64,000 bases of DNA from positions 47,671 to 111,670 of the forward strand of contig CAVPXW010000012.1 of assembly GCA_963709865.1 (NCBI GenBank), in the 5' to 3' direction. This DNA is from an uncultured Acidobacteriota bacterium. GTDB lineage: Bacteria > Acidobacteriota > Terriglobia > Terriglobales > Acidobacteriaceae. Under the pieces are notes generated by a model. That model did not search any database, was not told where the DNA came from, and saw nothing but the letters and a program-made list of their open reading frames with translations. This document shows, piece by piece, positions 8,472 through 18,127 of the stretch (position 1 is its first letter; the number at the start of each line of letters is the position of its first letter). The position numbers and the translations under genes were made by a program.

Positions 8472-10474
8472 ATGGATCTTCTTCAGAAAATCCGCACCAT
8501 TCCCGCCGAGCCGGGCGTGTATCTCTACAAGAACGCCGAGGGCGACGTCATCTACGTGGGGAAGGCGAAGAACCTGCGCAGCCGCGTGGCCAGCTACTTC
8601 CATGAAGGCCGCTGGGAAGACGCCAAGACGGGCACGCTGGTGCGCGAGGCGGTTGACGTCGACTACATCGTGGTCGCCAACAACAAAGAAGCGCTGGCGC
8701 TGGAAAACAATCTGATCAAGCAGCGCAAGCCGCGGTTCAATATCCTGCTGCGCGATGACAAGACGTACCCGTACGTGAAACTCACGCTGGGGGAGCGCTG
8801 GCCGCGGGTTTACGTCACGCGACGGCTGCGTAAAGACGGCAGCGCTTACTACGGGCCGTACTTCCCTGCCAACCTGGCATACCGGATTGTCGATCTGATC
8901 CACCGCAATTTTCTGATTCCTTCGTGCAAGGTCGACCTGACGCGCTTTCATCCGCGGCCATGTCTGCAGTACTACATCAAGCGCTGCCTGGGGCCGTGCG
9001 TGCAGGATTTGACCACGCCGGAGGTTTACCAGGAAGCGGTGCGCGACGTGAAGCTGTTTCTGGAAGGACGGCCGACGGATTTGAGCCGTTCGCTGCACAC
9101 GCGCATGGAGCAGGCCGCGGCCGAGCAGGAGTACGAGCGCGCGGCTCGATATCGCGACTTGATTTCGACGGTGGAGCAACTGCAGGAACGGCAGCGCATG
9201 GCCGCGGCGGAAGGCGACGATGCCGACGTGTTCGGGTATCACTACGAGAGTGGCATGCTGGCGGTGAATCTGTTCCACATGCGCGGCGGGAAAATGGTCG
9301 ACCGCCGGGAATTCTTCTGGGAGGAACTGCCGGAGTTCACCTCAGATGCAGTCGACATCTCGGACAATGTGGGGACGGCCGCCATCGGCCGTCCGGGCGA
9401 GCAAGGCTCGCCGGCGCATTGGCCGACAGTTCCTTCGAGTCCAACGAGAGCAGCCGAGCTGCGCTCGGCCCGGTCAGCCGAGGGCGGCTGTCCCCACATG
9501 AACCAGGACAAGCCCAGCAGTCGTTTCATCCCGGGGAATTTTTCTCGGCGCTGCTCAAGCAGCTTTACATCGGGCAGCCTTATGTTCCGCGGAACTTATA
9601 TGTCCCTGTCGATTTTGAGGATCGTGAAACTCTGGAAGATTTGCTCTCCGAGCAGAACGCGGGCGAGGGCGCCCGCGCCACACGGGTGCACATTCTGGTT
9701 CCACAGCGGGGCGACAAGCGCTCGCTGATCGACCTGGCGGGCAACAACGCGAAGCAGTCCTACGACCAGCGCTTTCGCGTGCTCAAACCCAACGCGCAGA
9801 AAATTCAGGAAGAGTTGCAGGACGCGCTCAGCCTGCCGGAACTGCCGAAGCGCATCGAATGCTTCGACATCTCGCACATTCAGGGCGCGGAGACGGTCGC
9901 TTCCATGGTGGTGTGGGAAGACGGCAAGATGAAGAAGTCGGACTACCGCAAATTCATCATTCGCACCGTCGAAGGGGTGGACGACTTCGCCTCGATGCGC
10001 GAGGTGGTGACGCGGCGGTACAAGCGTCTGCAGGACGAAAAGAAGCCGATGCCCAGCCTGGTGCTGATCGACGGCGGTCTGGGACAACTGCACGCTGCCG
10101 CGGAGGCGCTGGACGGACTGGAGATTATCAACCAGCCGTTGGCTGCCATCGCCAAGCGCGAAGAGATTCTCTATGTCTACGGGCAGGAGAAGGACCCGAT
10201 TGCGCTGGACCATCATTCGCCGGTGCTGCACCTGATTCAACTGATTCGCGATGAGGCCCACCGGTTCGCGGTGACGTTCCACCGCAAGCGCCGGCAGATG
10301 CGCGACCGGTCCACCGAACTGCTGGAAATTCCCGGCGTGGGTGCGAGCACGACGCGGCGCTTGCTGGAACACTTTGGCAGCGTGCAGGCGGTCAAGCAGG
10401 CGGACCCGGCGGCGTTGTCGGCGGTCGTGACCCGAACGCAGGCGGAGGCGATCCGGAATCACTTCCGGAAATAG
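8472..10474 (+). pseudogene. uvrC: excinuclease ABC subunit C, reading frame interrupted between about 9340 and 9530
   Basis: The N-terminal GIY-YIG segment (PGVYLYKNAEGDVIYVGKAKNLRSRVASYF) and UVR region are in ORF 8472..9728. The rest (EFFSALLKQLYIGQPYVPRNLYVPVDFED..., CFDISHIQG, HhH C-terminus) continues in ORF 8924..10474. The switch lies inside an inserted repeat-bearing segment. Confidence 0.85.
9340..9530. repeat. repeat-family-B-like segment inserted in the uvrC linker
   Basis: Contains GGCTGTCCCCACATGAAC (9486-9503), also at 16855-16871 (17 nt) and, with 3 mismatches, at 45272-45289. Also has the hairpin CTCGGC-N7-GCCGAG. Translation here is low-complexity in all frames. Confidence 0.45.
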
Positions 10475-10479
10475 CTACA

Positions 10480-10586
10480 GTGTTGGGTCTTCGCATAGAT
10501 TGGGGATCTTTGAGGAAAGGCAAGAGCAAGTGCTGTAACCGCAGAGTTCGCTGAGAACCGCCCCGCTGAGAGCGCGGAGAAACAAC
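10480..10586. repeat. repeat family A, partial copy
   Basis: GTAACCGCAGAGTTCGCTGAGAACCGCCCCGCTGAGAGCGCGGAGAAACAAC fills the gap between the convergent uvrC and the DUF4440-like gene. Confidence 0.5.
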
Positions 10587-11069
10587 TTACTTCGGTTCGG
10601 GGCTGGCGTTTCCCATGTCGAGGACGACTTTCCAGCTTCCATCTTTCTGCTGCTTCCAGATGCTGGTGTACTTGCCGTATTGGACAACCGGCTTGCCTTG
10701 CTTGTCTTTGGAGTGAAACTCGAAGTTGCCGAAGGTGTAGCCGAGATCGCCGGAGGCGGAAATGTCGGCGCCGACGGGAGTCCAAAGGAGGCGATTGTTT
10801 TTGTCGTCGAGGAAGCCCATGCCCTTGGCGATCTCCGCTTTGCCTTGGATCAAGGGCGCGCCGTTCGGGACTTCGACGGAGTCGTCGGCGTAGTACGACA
10901 TGTATCCCTGGGAACCTTTTTCGGCGGCGGCTTTCATGAACTCGCCTTCGAGTTGCTTCAACATCTCGGGCGTGGCTTTCGGGGAGGCGGAGACGGTCGG
11001 CTGTGGGATGGGGAGGGCGATTATCGCGACCAAAACAACGACGACCAGAACCGGCAGAAATACTTTCAT
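10587..11069 (-). CDS. secreted SnoaL-like / DUF4440-family protein
   Basis: ATG 11069 lies behind AGGAGG (internal Met of ORF 10587..11141). N-terminal signal-anchor MKVFLPVLVVVVLVAIIALP. GKYTSIWKQQKDGSWKVVLDMGN is the typical DUF4440 C-terminal pattern. Confidence 0.7.
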   Translation of the reverse strand: MKVFLPVLVVVVLVAIIALPIPQPTVSASPKATPEMLKQLEGEFMKAAAEKGSQGYMSYYADDSVEVPNGAPLIQGKAEIAKGMGFLDDKNNRLLWTPVGADISASGDLGYTFGNFEFHSKDKQGKPVVQYGKYTSIWKQQKDGSWKVVLDMGNASPEPK

Positions 11070-11116
11070 GCGAACCTCCTGGAATGACGCGGCCATTCTA
11101 CTCTGCGAGACCCCAA

Positions 11117-11235
11117 GAACCACAGAGGACACGGAGGACACAGAGAAGCGTAGAACGTATAACCGCTTATCTAGGTTCTAACTGTTTCCTCTGAGTCCTT
11201 GGTTTCCCCCTGTGTCCTCTGAGTCCTCTGTGGTT
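11117..11235. repeat. palindromic repeat (variant family: CCACAGAGGACACGGAGGACACAGAG arms)
   Basis: Left arm 11117-11148 (GAACCACAGAGGACACGGAGGACACAGAGAAG). Right arm 11188-11235 (CCTCTGAGTCC...CTGTGTCCTCTGAGTCCTCTGTGGTT) is its imperfect complement. Confidence 0.55.
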
Positions 11236-11273
11236 ACTATTCGAAAGCCTTTGCTACACTAGCGGTCATTCTC

Positions 11274-12350
11274 ATGAAACCGAATTTATTTTTCATTCTC
11301 ACGCTCGCGTTGCTGGAACTAGCCTTCTGGCACACGAGTTCAGCGCAAACCTCGAACCCAGCCGACATGGCCACGGCGCAGGAAAAGCATCTGCGCAACG
11401 TGCGCCAGTTGACGTTCGGGGGGCAGAATGCCGAGGCTTATTTCTCCGCCGACGGCAAGAAGCTGATCTTCCAGTCCTCGCATGGTGACGTGAAGTGCGA
11501 CCAGATTTTCATCATGAACATCGACGGCAGCGACCAGCACATGGTCTCGACCGGCAAGGGACGCACGACCTGCAGCTTTTTCTATCCCGATGGCAAAAAG
11601 ATTCTCTACGCGTCGACGCACCTGGCAAGCCCGGAGTGCCCGCCGCGGCCTGATTTTTCCAAAGGCTATGTGTGGGCGGTCTACTCCGGGTATGACATCT
11701 TCACAGCGAATCCTGACGGGTCGAATCTGAAGCAACTTACCAGCACGCCGGGATATGACGCCGAGGCCACCATCTCGCTCGACGGCAAGAAGATCGTGTT
11801 CACGTCCGTACGCAACGGCGATCTCGACATCTATTCGATGGACGCCGACGGGAAGAATGTCAAACAACTTACGCACGAACTGGGATACGACGGCGGCCCA
11901 ACGTTTTCACCAGATCGAAAGTGGATCGTCTATCGCGCCTACCATCCCCAGACGGAGAAGGAGATCTCCGACTACAAGGAATTGCTGGCGCAGAATCTGA
12001 TCCGTCCGACCTCGCTCGAGATCTGGACCATGAAGGCTGACGGCACCGGGAAGAAGCAGATCACGAACCTGGCCGCGGCCAGCTTTGGTCCGGCTTATAC
12101 GGCGGATGGAAAGCGGATTATTTTTTCATCGAATTACGATCCGGAGACGCATGCCACCGGCGGCATGGGCAATTTCGAACTGTGGCTGATCAATCCCGAT
12201 GGCAGCGGATTGGAGCGCGTCACCTACAGCGACGGATTCGACGGCTTCCCCATGTTCTCACCCGACGGGAAGAAGTTGGTGTGGGCCTCGAACCGCAACG
12301 CCAAGGCTCCGCACGAAACCAATATCTTTATTGGGGATTGGGTGCCTTGA
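11274..12350 (+). CDS. periplasmic PD40/WD40-like beta-propeller protein (TolB-like)
   Basis: Signal peptide, then repeated FSADGKKLIF / FYPDGKKILY / ISLDGKKIVF / FSPDRKWIVY / YTADGKRIIF / FSPDGKKLVW blades. Confidence 0.8.
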   Translation: MKPNLFFILTLALLELAFWHTSSAQTSNPADMATAQEKHLRNVRQLTFGGQNAEAYFSADGKKLIFQSSHGDVKCDQIFIMNIDGSDQHMVSTGKGRTTCSFFYPDGKKILYASTHLASPECPPRPDFSKGYVWAVYSGYDIFTANPDGSNLKQLTSTPGYDAEATISLDGKKIVFTSVRNGDLDIYSMDADGKNVKQLTHELGYDGGPTFSPDRKWIVYRAYHPQTEKEISDYKELLAQNLIRPTSLEIWTMKADGTGKKQITNLAAASFGPAYTADGKRIIFSSNYDPETHATGGMGNFELWLINPDGSGLERVTYSDGFDGFPMFSPDGKKLVWASNRNAKAPHETNIFIGDWVP

Positions 12351-12396
12351 GGACAATTGCTGATTGTTGATTTGTGATTGTGCATGTACTGGTTTG

Positions 12397-12440
12397 CATT
12401 CCTTTGCGGCTTTTCTTCGCGATCTGCGGTTCAGCGCTTC
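12397..12440. repeat. repeat family A, single-arm remnant
   Basis: CCTTTGCGGCTTTTCTTCGCGATCTGCGGTTCAGCGCTTC resembles the right arm of family A. Confidence 0.4.
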
Positions 12441-12497
12441 ACCGCGAGTGGCCCTCCACCAGTCAAGAACACATCCTTCGACTCTGCGTGGCACGGA

Positions 12498-13076
12498 TCA
12501 GTGCGTGCCCTCGCTTACTGGCTTGCGGTTTCCGCTTGTAGCGGCGAACCAGGCGACACAGGCGAGCATCCCACACCAGCCCAGCACTCGCACCACCATA
12601 GCAATCTTCGTGTCGTGGTTGAGGACGCCCAGGCTCGAGAAGATGGCGTAGAAGTCGTGCTCAACGAAGTCCGGATCGCCCGTCGTGACCAGGGGAAGCG
12701 CCTGCACGCGCGCATCCGCCATGTAGGTCGCGGTGTAGAGCCAGTTCTCGAAGAAGAAGAACAGGCAGAAGACGAAGCCGGCGGCCTGGCGTTGCGTGTA
12801 GAAGTATGCCGCCAGAAGGAATGGGACAAGCCATTGCAGCAACGTGCCTCCCCACAATCCGAGCGTGGGACCGAACCAGCCAAACAAATTGTGTCCACCC
12901 TCGTGCACAACCAGGTTGGCGTTGTCGATGAAGAGGAATCCGCCATGGGCTGAGAAGGCGTAGGCAAGGAACGCGACATAGAAGATGAGCCACGCCACCA
13001 GCGCGGGACGCGAGACGGGCTTCCATGGCTCGTCGAGACACGGTGCATCGAGAATCGATTGGAGTCGTTCGAGCAT
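12498..13076 (-). CDS. polytopic membrane protein with HExxH motif (putative membrane zincin)
   Basis: 192 aa with 5-6 hydrophobic helices. VVHEGGHNLFG contains an HExxH zinc-protease signature next to a helix. Confidence 0.55.
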   Translation of the reverse strand: MLERLQSILDAPCLDEPWKPVSRPALVAWLIFYVAFLAYAFSAHGGFLFIDNANLVVHEGGHNLFGWFGPTLGLWGGTLLQWLVPFLLAAYFYTQRQAAGFVFCLFFFFENWLYTATYMADARVQALPLVTTGDPDFVEHDFYAIFSSLGVLNHDTKIAMVVRVLGWCGMLACVAWFAATSGNRKPVSEGTH

Positions 13077-13296
13077 GCGCCTCAGACGATTCTACGGGGA
13101 CAGATGTGAGCGCGGCAGATTACGAACGTGCTCTGCGTCTGGATCGAGAATGACTAGGACCTGAGGCTGTCGCCTGATGGGGACATTTCTTGCTAAAGTG
13201 ATCTGACGTGAGTCGGGTTCTGAGTGCTGGAGCGAACTGGACTGTACAGCGAGACGTGGCAAGCGACGTCTCTACGATTACCGTTTTGGGAGCCTT

Positions 13297-15171
13297 ATGA
13301 AACCGCGGCAATGGATAACCGGGATCGTGCTGCTTGTGCTGGTGGTCGCGGCGATTGTGGGCATCGTGTGGACGCGGGAACTGCCGGCGGCGAACGAAGA
13401 CACACCCACGGCGACGAACAAGACGTTTCTGGGACGGAAAATGCCCGCCGCGCGGCGTTCCCTGGTGGACCAGCGTCCGCTGCAAACCGCCAAGCGAATG
13501 ACAGCACTCGCGGGCACGCACGAAGAAGAGACGCTGGCGCATGAAGCGGAAAAAGTCGGCGACCACGAAGTGGACCTGGCATTTTTTGACTCGCTGCGCA
13601 CGGCCCAAGAAAATCCTCCCCCGCTCTCGCCTCAGTCCAAACAACTGGCGATTCGGAAGGAAAAGGCCGCCCAAGCGGTCAAAGACGATCAGGAAGGCAT
13701 CGCACTCCTGACGCGCAAACTCGCCGCCGCTCCAGAATCACAAAAGGACAACCTGCAGGATCAGATCGATGTCGCCAAAGCGCAGATGGATCTTGATCAG
13801 GACGAGTTGGACGATGCCGCGGAGGATCTGGAGCAGTCGGGCGGCGATCCGCAGGCGAAGATCAAGCGGCTGAAAGCGGAACATGACGCGAGCGATCAAC
13901 TTCCGAGAGCGACCGCAGGTTCGGCCGCCAGCCCGTATGAGCGGGACTACCAGGCCCACACTCTTCTCAGTGTGTTCCGCGCGTGGCGGGCGCTGCGCGA
14001 CAAGAAGGCTCAACTGGAAACAGCCCGCGATGAAGCAACTACGAAACAACAACGTCTGGCGCTGCGGCATGTAACCCTCAGCGCGAAGGTCGAGAAAGAA
14101 AAGGAAAGCCGGGAGGCGGCCAAGCAACAGGCGAAGGGATTCTCCAAGAGCAACAGCGGCGCCAGTCGCGAAGACTCGAAGGCGACGGCGCAGGCGGCCC
14201 TGGATTCCCTGAAGCAGTACACATCCGATCAGAAGAATCTGGCGGACCTGGGAAGGCGAATCCAGGACCAGCAGGAACTGAGCGACATCTATGCAAATTG
14301 GATGGTATTGGTGGAGAGTCGCGAGCGCGCGGCCCTGCACCGCATGATCGAATCGTTCCTGTGGATTTTGTTGGTTCTGGTGGCAGTGTACCTGGCGGGC
14401 CAACTCATTGAACGCCTGTTCACAGGAATGACGACAGAGAACAAGCGCATTGACACGCTGCGGGCGGTTACGAAATTTGCGGCGCAGGCGGTGGGCGTGA
14501 TCCTGATTGCGTTCCTGATTTTCGGCATGCCCGACCAGACGACGACCGTGCTAGGGCTGGCGGGTGCCGGGCTCACGGTGGCGATGAAGGATTTCATCGT
14601 CGGATTCTTCGGATGGTTCGTGTTGATGGGCCGCAACGGGCTGCGCGTGGGTGACTGGGTTGAGATCAATGGTGTTGCGGGCGAGGTGATCGAAGTCGGA
14701 CTGTTAAAGACGATCCTGCTTGAAACCGGGAACTGGACGGACGCGGGACATCCTACCGGCCGGAGAGTTTCATTCGTCAACACGTTCGCGATTGAAGGAC
14801 ACTTCTTCAACTTCACAACTTCGGGCCAGTGGATGTGGGACGAACTGGAACTGACCATTCCCAGCGACCAGGATCCTTACGCCGTAATCGACGCGCTGCA
14901 GAAAATGGTGGAGAAAGAGACAGAGGCGAACGCGCGCAAGGCGGAACTGGAATGGTCGCATACGACGACGCGCTATCGGGTGCAATCGGTCTCGGCGAAG
15001 CCCGCCATCAATGTGCGGCCGAGCGGATCGGGCGTGCAAGTGACCGTTCGTTACATCACGCGCGCCTATGAGCGGTCCGAGACGCGGAAGAAGCTGTATG
15101 AGGAAGTGGTCGAGTTGATGCAGGGGAAGCGGGAAGCGGTGAAGGTAGAGCTGCCGGCTAGTAGCTCCTAA
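13297..15171 (+). CDS. mechanosensitive ion channel (MscS family) with long N-terminal coiled-coil domain
   Basis: N-terminal TM helix and about 330 aa of charged coiled coil. TM helices are followed by GRNGLRVGDWVEINGVAGEVIEVGLLKTILLETGNW, the MscS beta-domain signature. Confidence 0.85.
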   Translation: MKPRQWITGIVLLVLVVAAIVGIVWTRELPAANEDTPTATNKTFLGRKMPAARRSLVDQRPLQTAKRMTALAGTHEEETLAHEAEKVGDHEVDLAFFDSLRTAQENPPPLSPQSKQLAIRKEKAAQAVKDDQEGIALLTRKLAAAPESQKDNLQDQIDVAKAQMDLDQDELDDAAEDLEQSGGDPQAKIKRLKAEHDASDQLPRATAGSAASPYERDYQAHTLLSVFRAWRALRDKKAQLETARDEATTKQQRLALRHVTLSAKVEKEKESREAAKQQAKGFSKSNSGASREDSKATAQAALDSLKQYTSDQKNLADLGRRIQDQQELSDIYANWMVLVESRERAALHRMIESFLWILLVLVAVYLAGQLIERLFTGMTTENKRIDTLRAVTKFAAQAVGVILIAFLIFGMPDQTTTVLGLAGAGLTVAMKDFIVGFFGWFVLMGRNGLRVGDWVEINGVAGEVIEVGLLKTILLETGNWTDAGHPTGRRVSFVNTFAIEGHFFNFTTSGQWMWDELELTIPSDQDPYAVIDALQKMVEKETEANARKAELEWSHTTTRYRVQSVSAKPAINVRPSGSGVQVTVRYITRAYERSETRKKLYEEVVELMQGKREAVKVELPASSS

Positions 15172-15240
15172 CTTTACGTAAGCTCTCAGTTTTCAGTTCG
15201 GATCCCTGAATTCGACGCGGATCTTCTCTTTCTAATCGAC

Positions 15241-16005
15241 ATGACCTCTCACCAAGAGCAGTTGGGCACGCTCATCGTCACCGGGGCTAGCCGCGGGATC
15301 GGCGCGGCGGTGGCTAGGCTCGCGGGCGAACGCGGATACGCGGTTGCGGTCAACTTCTCCACCAGCGAGGCCGAAGCGGCGAAAGTGGTAGACGAAATTG
15401 CGGCTGGCGGCGGGCGCGCGGTTGCGATCCAGGCGGACGTCTCGCGTGAAGCAGATATCGTGCGGCTGTTCGAGACCGCGGAGCGGCAGTTAGGGCCGAT
15501 CAAGGCACTGGTAAACAATGCCGGAGTCACCGGTGGGTTCGCGCGCGTGGAAGACGTGTCGAGCGCGGCCATCACCAACGTTCTGGCAGTCAATGTGAGT
15601 GGGACGATTTTGTGTTCGCGCGAGGCGGTGCGGCGCATGTCGACGCGGCGGGGCGGAACTGGTGGCGCGATCGTGAACATTTCTTCGCGCGCGGCGCACA
15701 CCGGAGCAGCGGGAGAGTGGGTGCACTACGCGGCCTCGAAGGGCGCGATCGACAGCTTCACCATCGGGCTGGCGCGGGAGGTGGCGACGGAAGGGATCCG
15801 GGTCAATGCGGTGGCTCCGGGATTGGTCGACACGGGACTGCACGCCGCGAATGGCGAGCCGGGGCGCCTGCAGAGACTGATGGGCACCATCCCCATGGGG
15901 AGGGCAGGCACGCCGCGCGAAGTGGCGGAGGGAGTGCTGTGGCTGCTGTCGCCTGCGGCTTCCTACACAACGGGTGCGATTCTGGAGATTGGGGGAGCGC
16001 GGTGA
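15241..16005 (+). CDS. SDR-family oxidoreductase
   Basis: TGASRGIG cofactor motif, NNAG, and YAASKGA catalytic YxxxK. Confidence 0.9.
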   Translation: MTSHQEQLGTLIVTGASRGIGAAVARLAGERGYAVAVNFSTSEAEAAKVVDEIAAGGGRAVAIQADVSREADIVRLFETAERQLGPIKALVNNAGVTGGFARVEDVSSAAITNVLAVNVSGTILCSREAVRRMSTRRGGTGGAIVNISSRAAHTGAAGEWVHYAASKGAIDSFTIGLAREVATEGIRVNAVAPGLVDTGLHAANGEPGRLQRLMGTIPMGRAGTPREVAEGVLWLLSPAASYTTGAILEIGGAR

Positions 16006-16034
16006 GGGAGGTTACTCAGCTCCTCGCTCCTACG

Positions 16035-16811
16035 CTAGTCTCTCTGAACGCTTAATTGCTGCAGCTCCTTCGGTCCTTTAGTCTCCAAATCTTTCCGCAG
16101 GTAGGCCTTCGTTTTTTCCGGCAATCTTGAGGCGTGCAGAATGTCGCGCAATTGCGCGGGCGGAAGTCGCCGGGCGAATTCGAGGGCGCGGGCCAAGGGA
16201 GTATATTCGTTGCGCAACAGCGCGCAGCGGATTTCCGGACGCAGCGACCATTTGGCGTGCTGGCAGACGGCTTTGACGAAAGCCGGGGTCGCGCTCGGGC
16301 GCAGGAGTGCCCTGACGATGGCGGCTTCGGAAAGGCGCGGATTCTCCAGCGCGGTCTGCCAGACGCGGGATTCCCGGTCGAGCAGCAGCGCGGCGGCCAC
16401 CAGGGCTGAGGAGCGGCGCGCCAGCGCAATGCGTTCACCCAGAGTAATCGAGGTCAGGCGGGCCACGAGCAGTTCGTCGGCAACGCGCTTGAGGTCGGCT
16501 GCGACAGCGGGGAGCAGCGAGAACTGCATGAGATCGAAGGTGTAGAGTTCGCGGATCAGGCGCAGCGCAATGCGGCGCGGAGCGCGGGGATGGGCGGCAA
16601 GAGCCACGCGGACTTTGCGCGATTTCATCAGCGCGTCGCTCTTGCTGATTTGTTCAACCACCTCCGCAGAGAGGCCGCGGTCTTTCAGCTGCGCAAGAGC
16701 CACATCTTCGGTAAGCGAGGCAGTGCCGGAGCGAGACTCGGGAGGACTGGCGTCCACCCTGGATAGAAGCGCGGTTTCCGGCGCATCGTCGGCTTGGAAT
16801 TCTTCCGGCAT
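16035..16811 (-). CDS. hypothetical helical-repeat protein
   Basis: The ORF track gives 16035..16865. ATG 16811 (MPEEFQADD...) is the more plausible start, because the upstream Met lies inside a family-B repeat. Repeated Leu/Arg/Ala-rich helices; no family recognised. Confidence 0.5.
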   Translation of the reverse strand: MPEEFQADDAPETALLSRVDASPPESRSGTASLTEDVALAQLKDRGLSAEVVEQISKSDALMKSRKVRVALAAHPRAPRRIALRLIRELYTFDLMQFSLLPAVAADLKRVADELLVARLTSITLGERIALARRSSALVAAALLLDRESRVWQTALENPRLSEAAIVRALLRPSATPAFVKAVCQHAKWSLRPEIRCALLRNEYTPLARALEFARRLPPAQLRDILHASRLPEKTKAYLRKDLETKGPKELQQLSVQRD

Positions 16812-16871
16812 CCTCAGTACCAGCGGCCAAAAGCTCAGACTCGGACAGCCGCGGCCTGTCCCCACATGAAC

Positions 16872-17804
16872 TCAAATCCCCTTTGCCGCGGCTCTTCGCG
16901 CCATGCGCAGGGCTCCCTCGACGGGCTCGACCACTTGCGGATTGACTTCTGCCCGCGGGTGGAGCGCGCGCAGTTCATTGTAAAAAACCTGGCGCACCAG
17001 CGGCGCGTGACGAAAGACGCCTCCCGCCATGGCCACCGGGACGGGAGCGGTCTGGTCCTTGGCGAACAGCCGGCGGATTACAACCGCGGCCACGTGGGCG
17101 AGTTCCCTGCCCGCGTTCGTAAGAACCTGCGTGGCCAGATCGTCGTTGCTGGCGGCCACCGCCGGAAAGAGAGCGGCGAAGTCGGGAGGAGGAATCGAGT
17201 TCGCGGCGCGGGCGAGGTCGGCCAGCGAGGTCACTCCCCAGGCTTTGAGCAGAGCCGCGGTCAATGCGGATTGGGCACCGGTTTCGAGGGCCGCATCGAT
17301 CGGGTCGGCGGCCCGCAGAACAGCACTCACGGCAGTGCGGCCGATCCAGTGGGCGGAGCCTTCGTCGCCGATGGCAAATCCCCAGCCCCCGGCGCGTACC
17401 GTGGTTCCCTGCGGGTCGCGGCCATAGGCGATGGATCCTGTGCCAGCAATAACGATGACGCCTGGACCAGCATCGAAGGCAGCTTCGAGCGCGATCTGCA
17501 TGTCACCGACTACGTCGATGGGGGTGGCGAGTATTTCAGCCAGACCGCGGCGGACGAGTTCCGCCAACTCGGGGCGAGCTGCGCCCGAACCTCCAACGCA
17601 GGTATGAGCAACTTGCGCGGGGGTAATCCCGGCGGCGGCGCAGGCCTGACGCACCGCCTGCTGGAGCGACTCGCGGGCTTGCGCCTGTCCGACGCGGACG
17701 ATATTACTGGGGCCCGCCGTCGCCGTGGCCAGCAGCTGCGATTCATCGCCCACCGCGCAGGTGGTCTTGGTACCACCGCCGTCGATGCCGAGATAGTAGG
17801 ACAC
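16872..17804 (-). CDS. BadF/BadG/BcrA/BcrD-type ATPase (N-acetylglucosamine-kinase-like)
   Basis: YLGIDGGGTKT phosphate-1 motif, IAGTGS, GGWGFAIGDEGSAHWIG. Confidence 0.8.
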   Translation of the reverse strand: MSYYLGIDGGGTKTTCAVGDESQLLATATAGPSNIVRVGQAQARESLQQAVRQACAAAGITPAQVAHTCVGGSGAARPELAELVRRGLAEILATPIDVVGDMQIALEAAFDAGPGVIVIAGTGSIAYGRDPQGTTVRAGGWGFAIGDEGSAHWIGRTAVSAVLRAADPIDAALETGAQSALTAALLKAWGVTSLADLARAANSIPPPDFAALFPAVAASNDDLATQVLTNAGRELAHVAAVVIRRLFAKDQTAPVPVAMAGGVFRHAPLVRQVFYNELRALHPRAEVNPQVVEPVEGALRMARRAAAKGI

Positions 17805-17970
17805 GGGTTATTTCTAACACAGAGCCATCGCCGGTTGCCGGGTCTTAGATCTTCGGCGGGGCGGGGACTACAGAGTCTCACTCGCGGAAAGGCGGGTTTG
17901 CTTCGATAATTAGGAACTGCTCCCGGGATGACGACGCCGCCAAGTCGTGGTGACCGCGAGAACCTCAGCG

Positions 17971-18104
17971 AAAAGCTTTTAACCGCCGAGTGCGCTGAGT
18001 AAGAGCCGCGGAGAACGCGGAGAAGATACGAGTAATTGTTGAGACCAGGCTTTCTTTGCGATCTTCGCGGGTTTTACTTCTGCGATCTTCGCGGTTAAGA
18101 GCTT
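17971..18104. repeat. repeat family A, full copy
   Basis: AAAAGCTTTTAACCGCCGAGTGCGCTGAG...GCGGAGAACGCGGAGAAG ... TTCTTTGCGATCTTCGCGG...TTCTGCGATCTTCGCGGTTAAGAGCTT. Confidence 0.6.
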
Positions 18105-18127
18105 CCGCTCCCGGTCTGAATGCAAAT

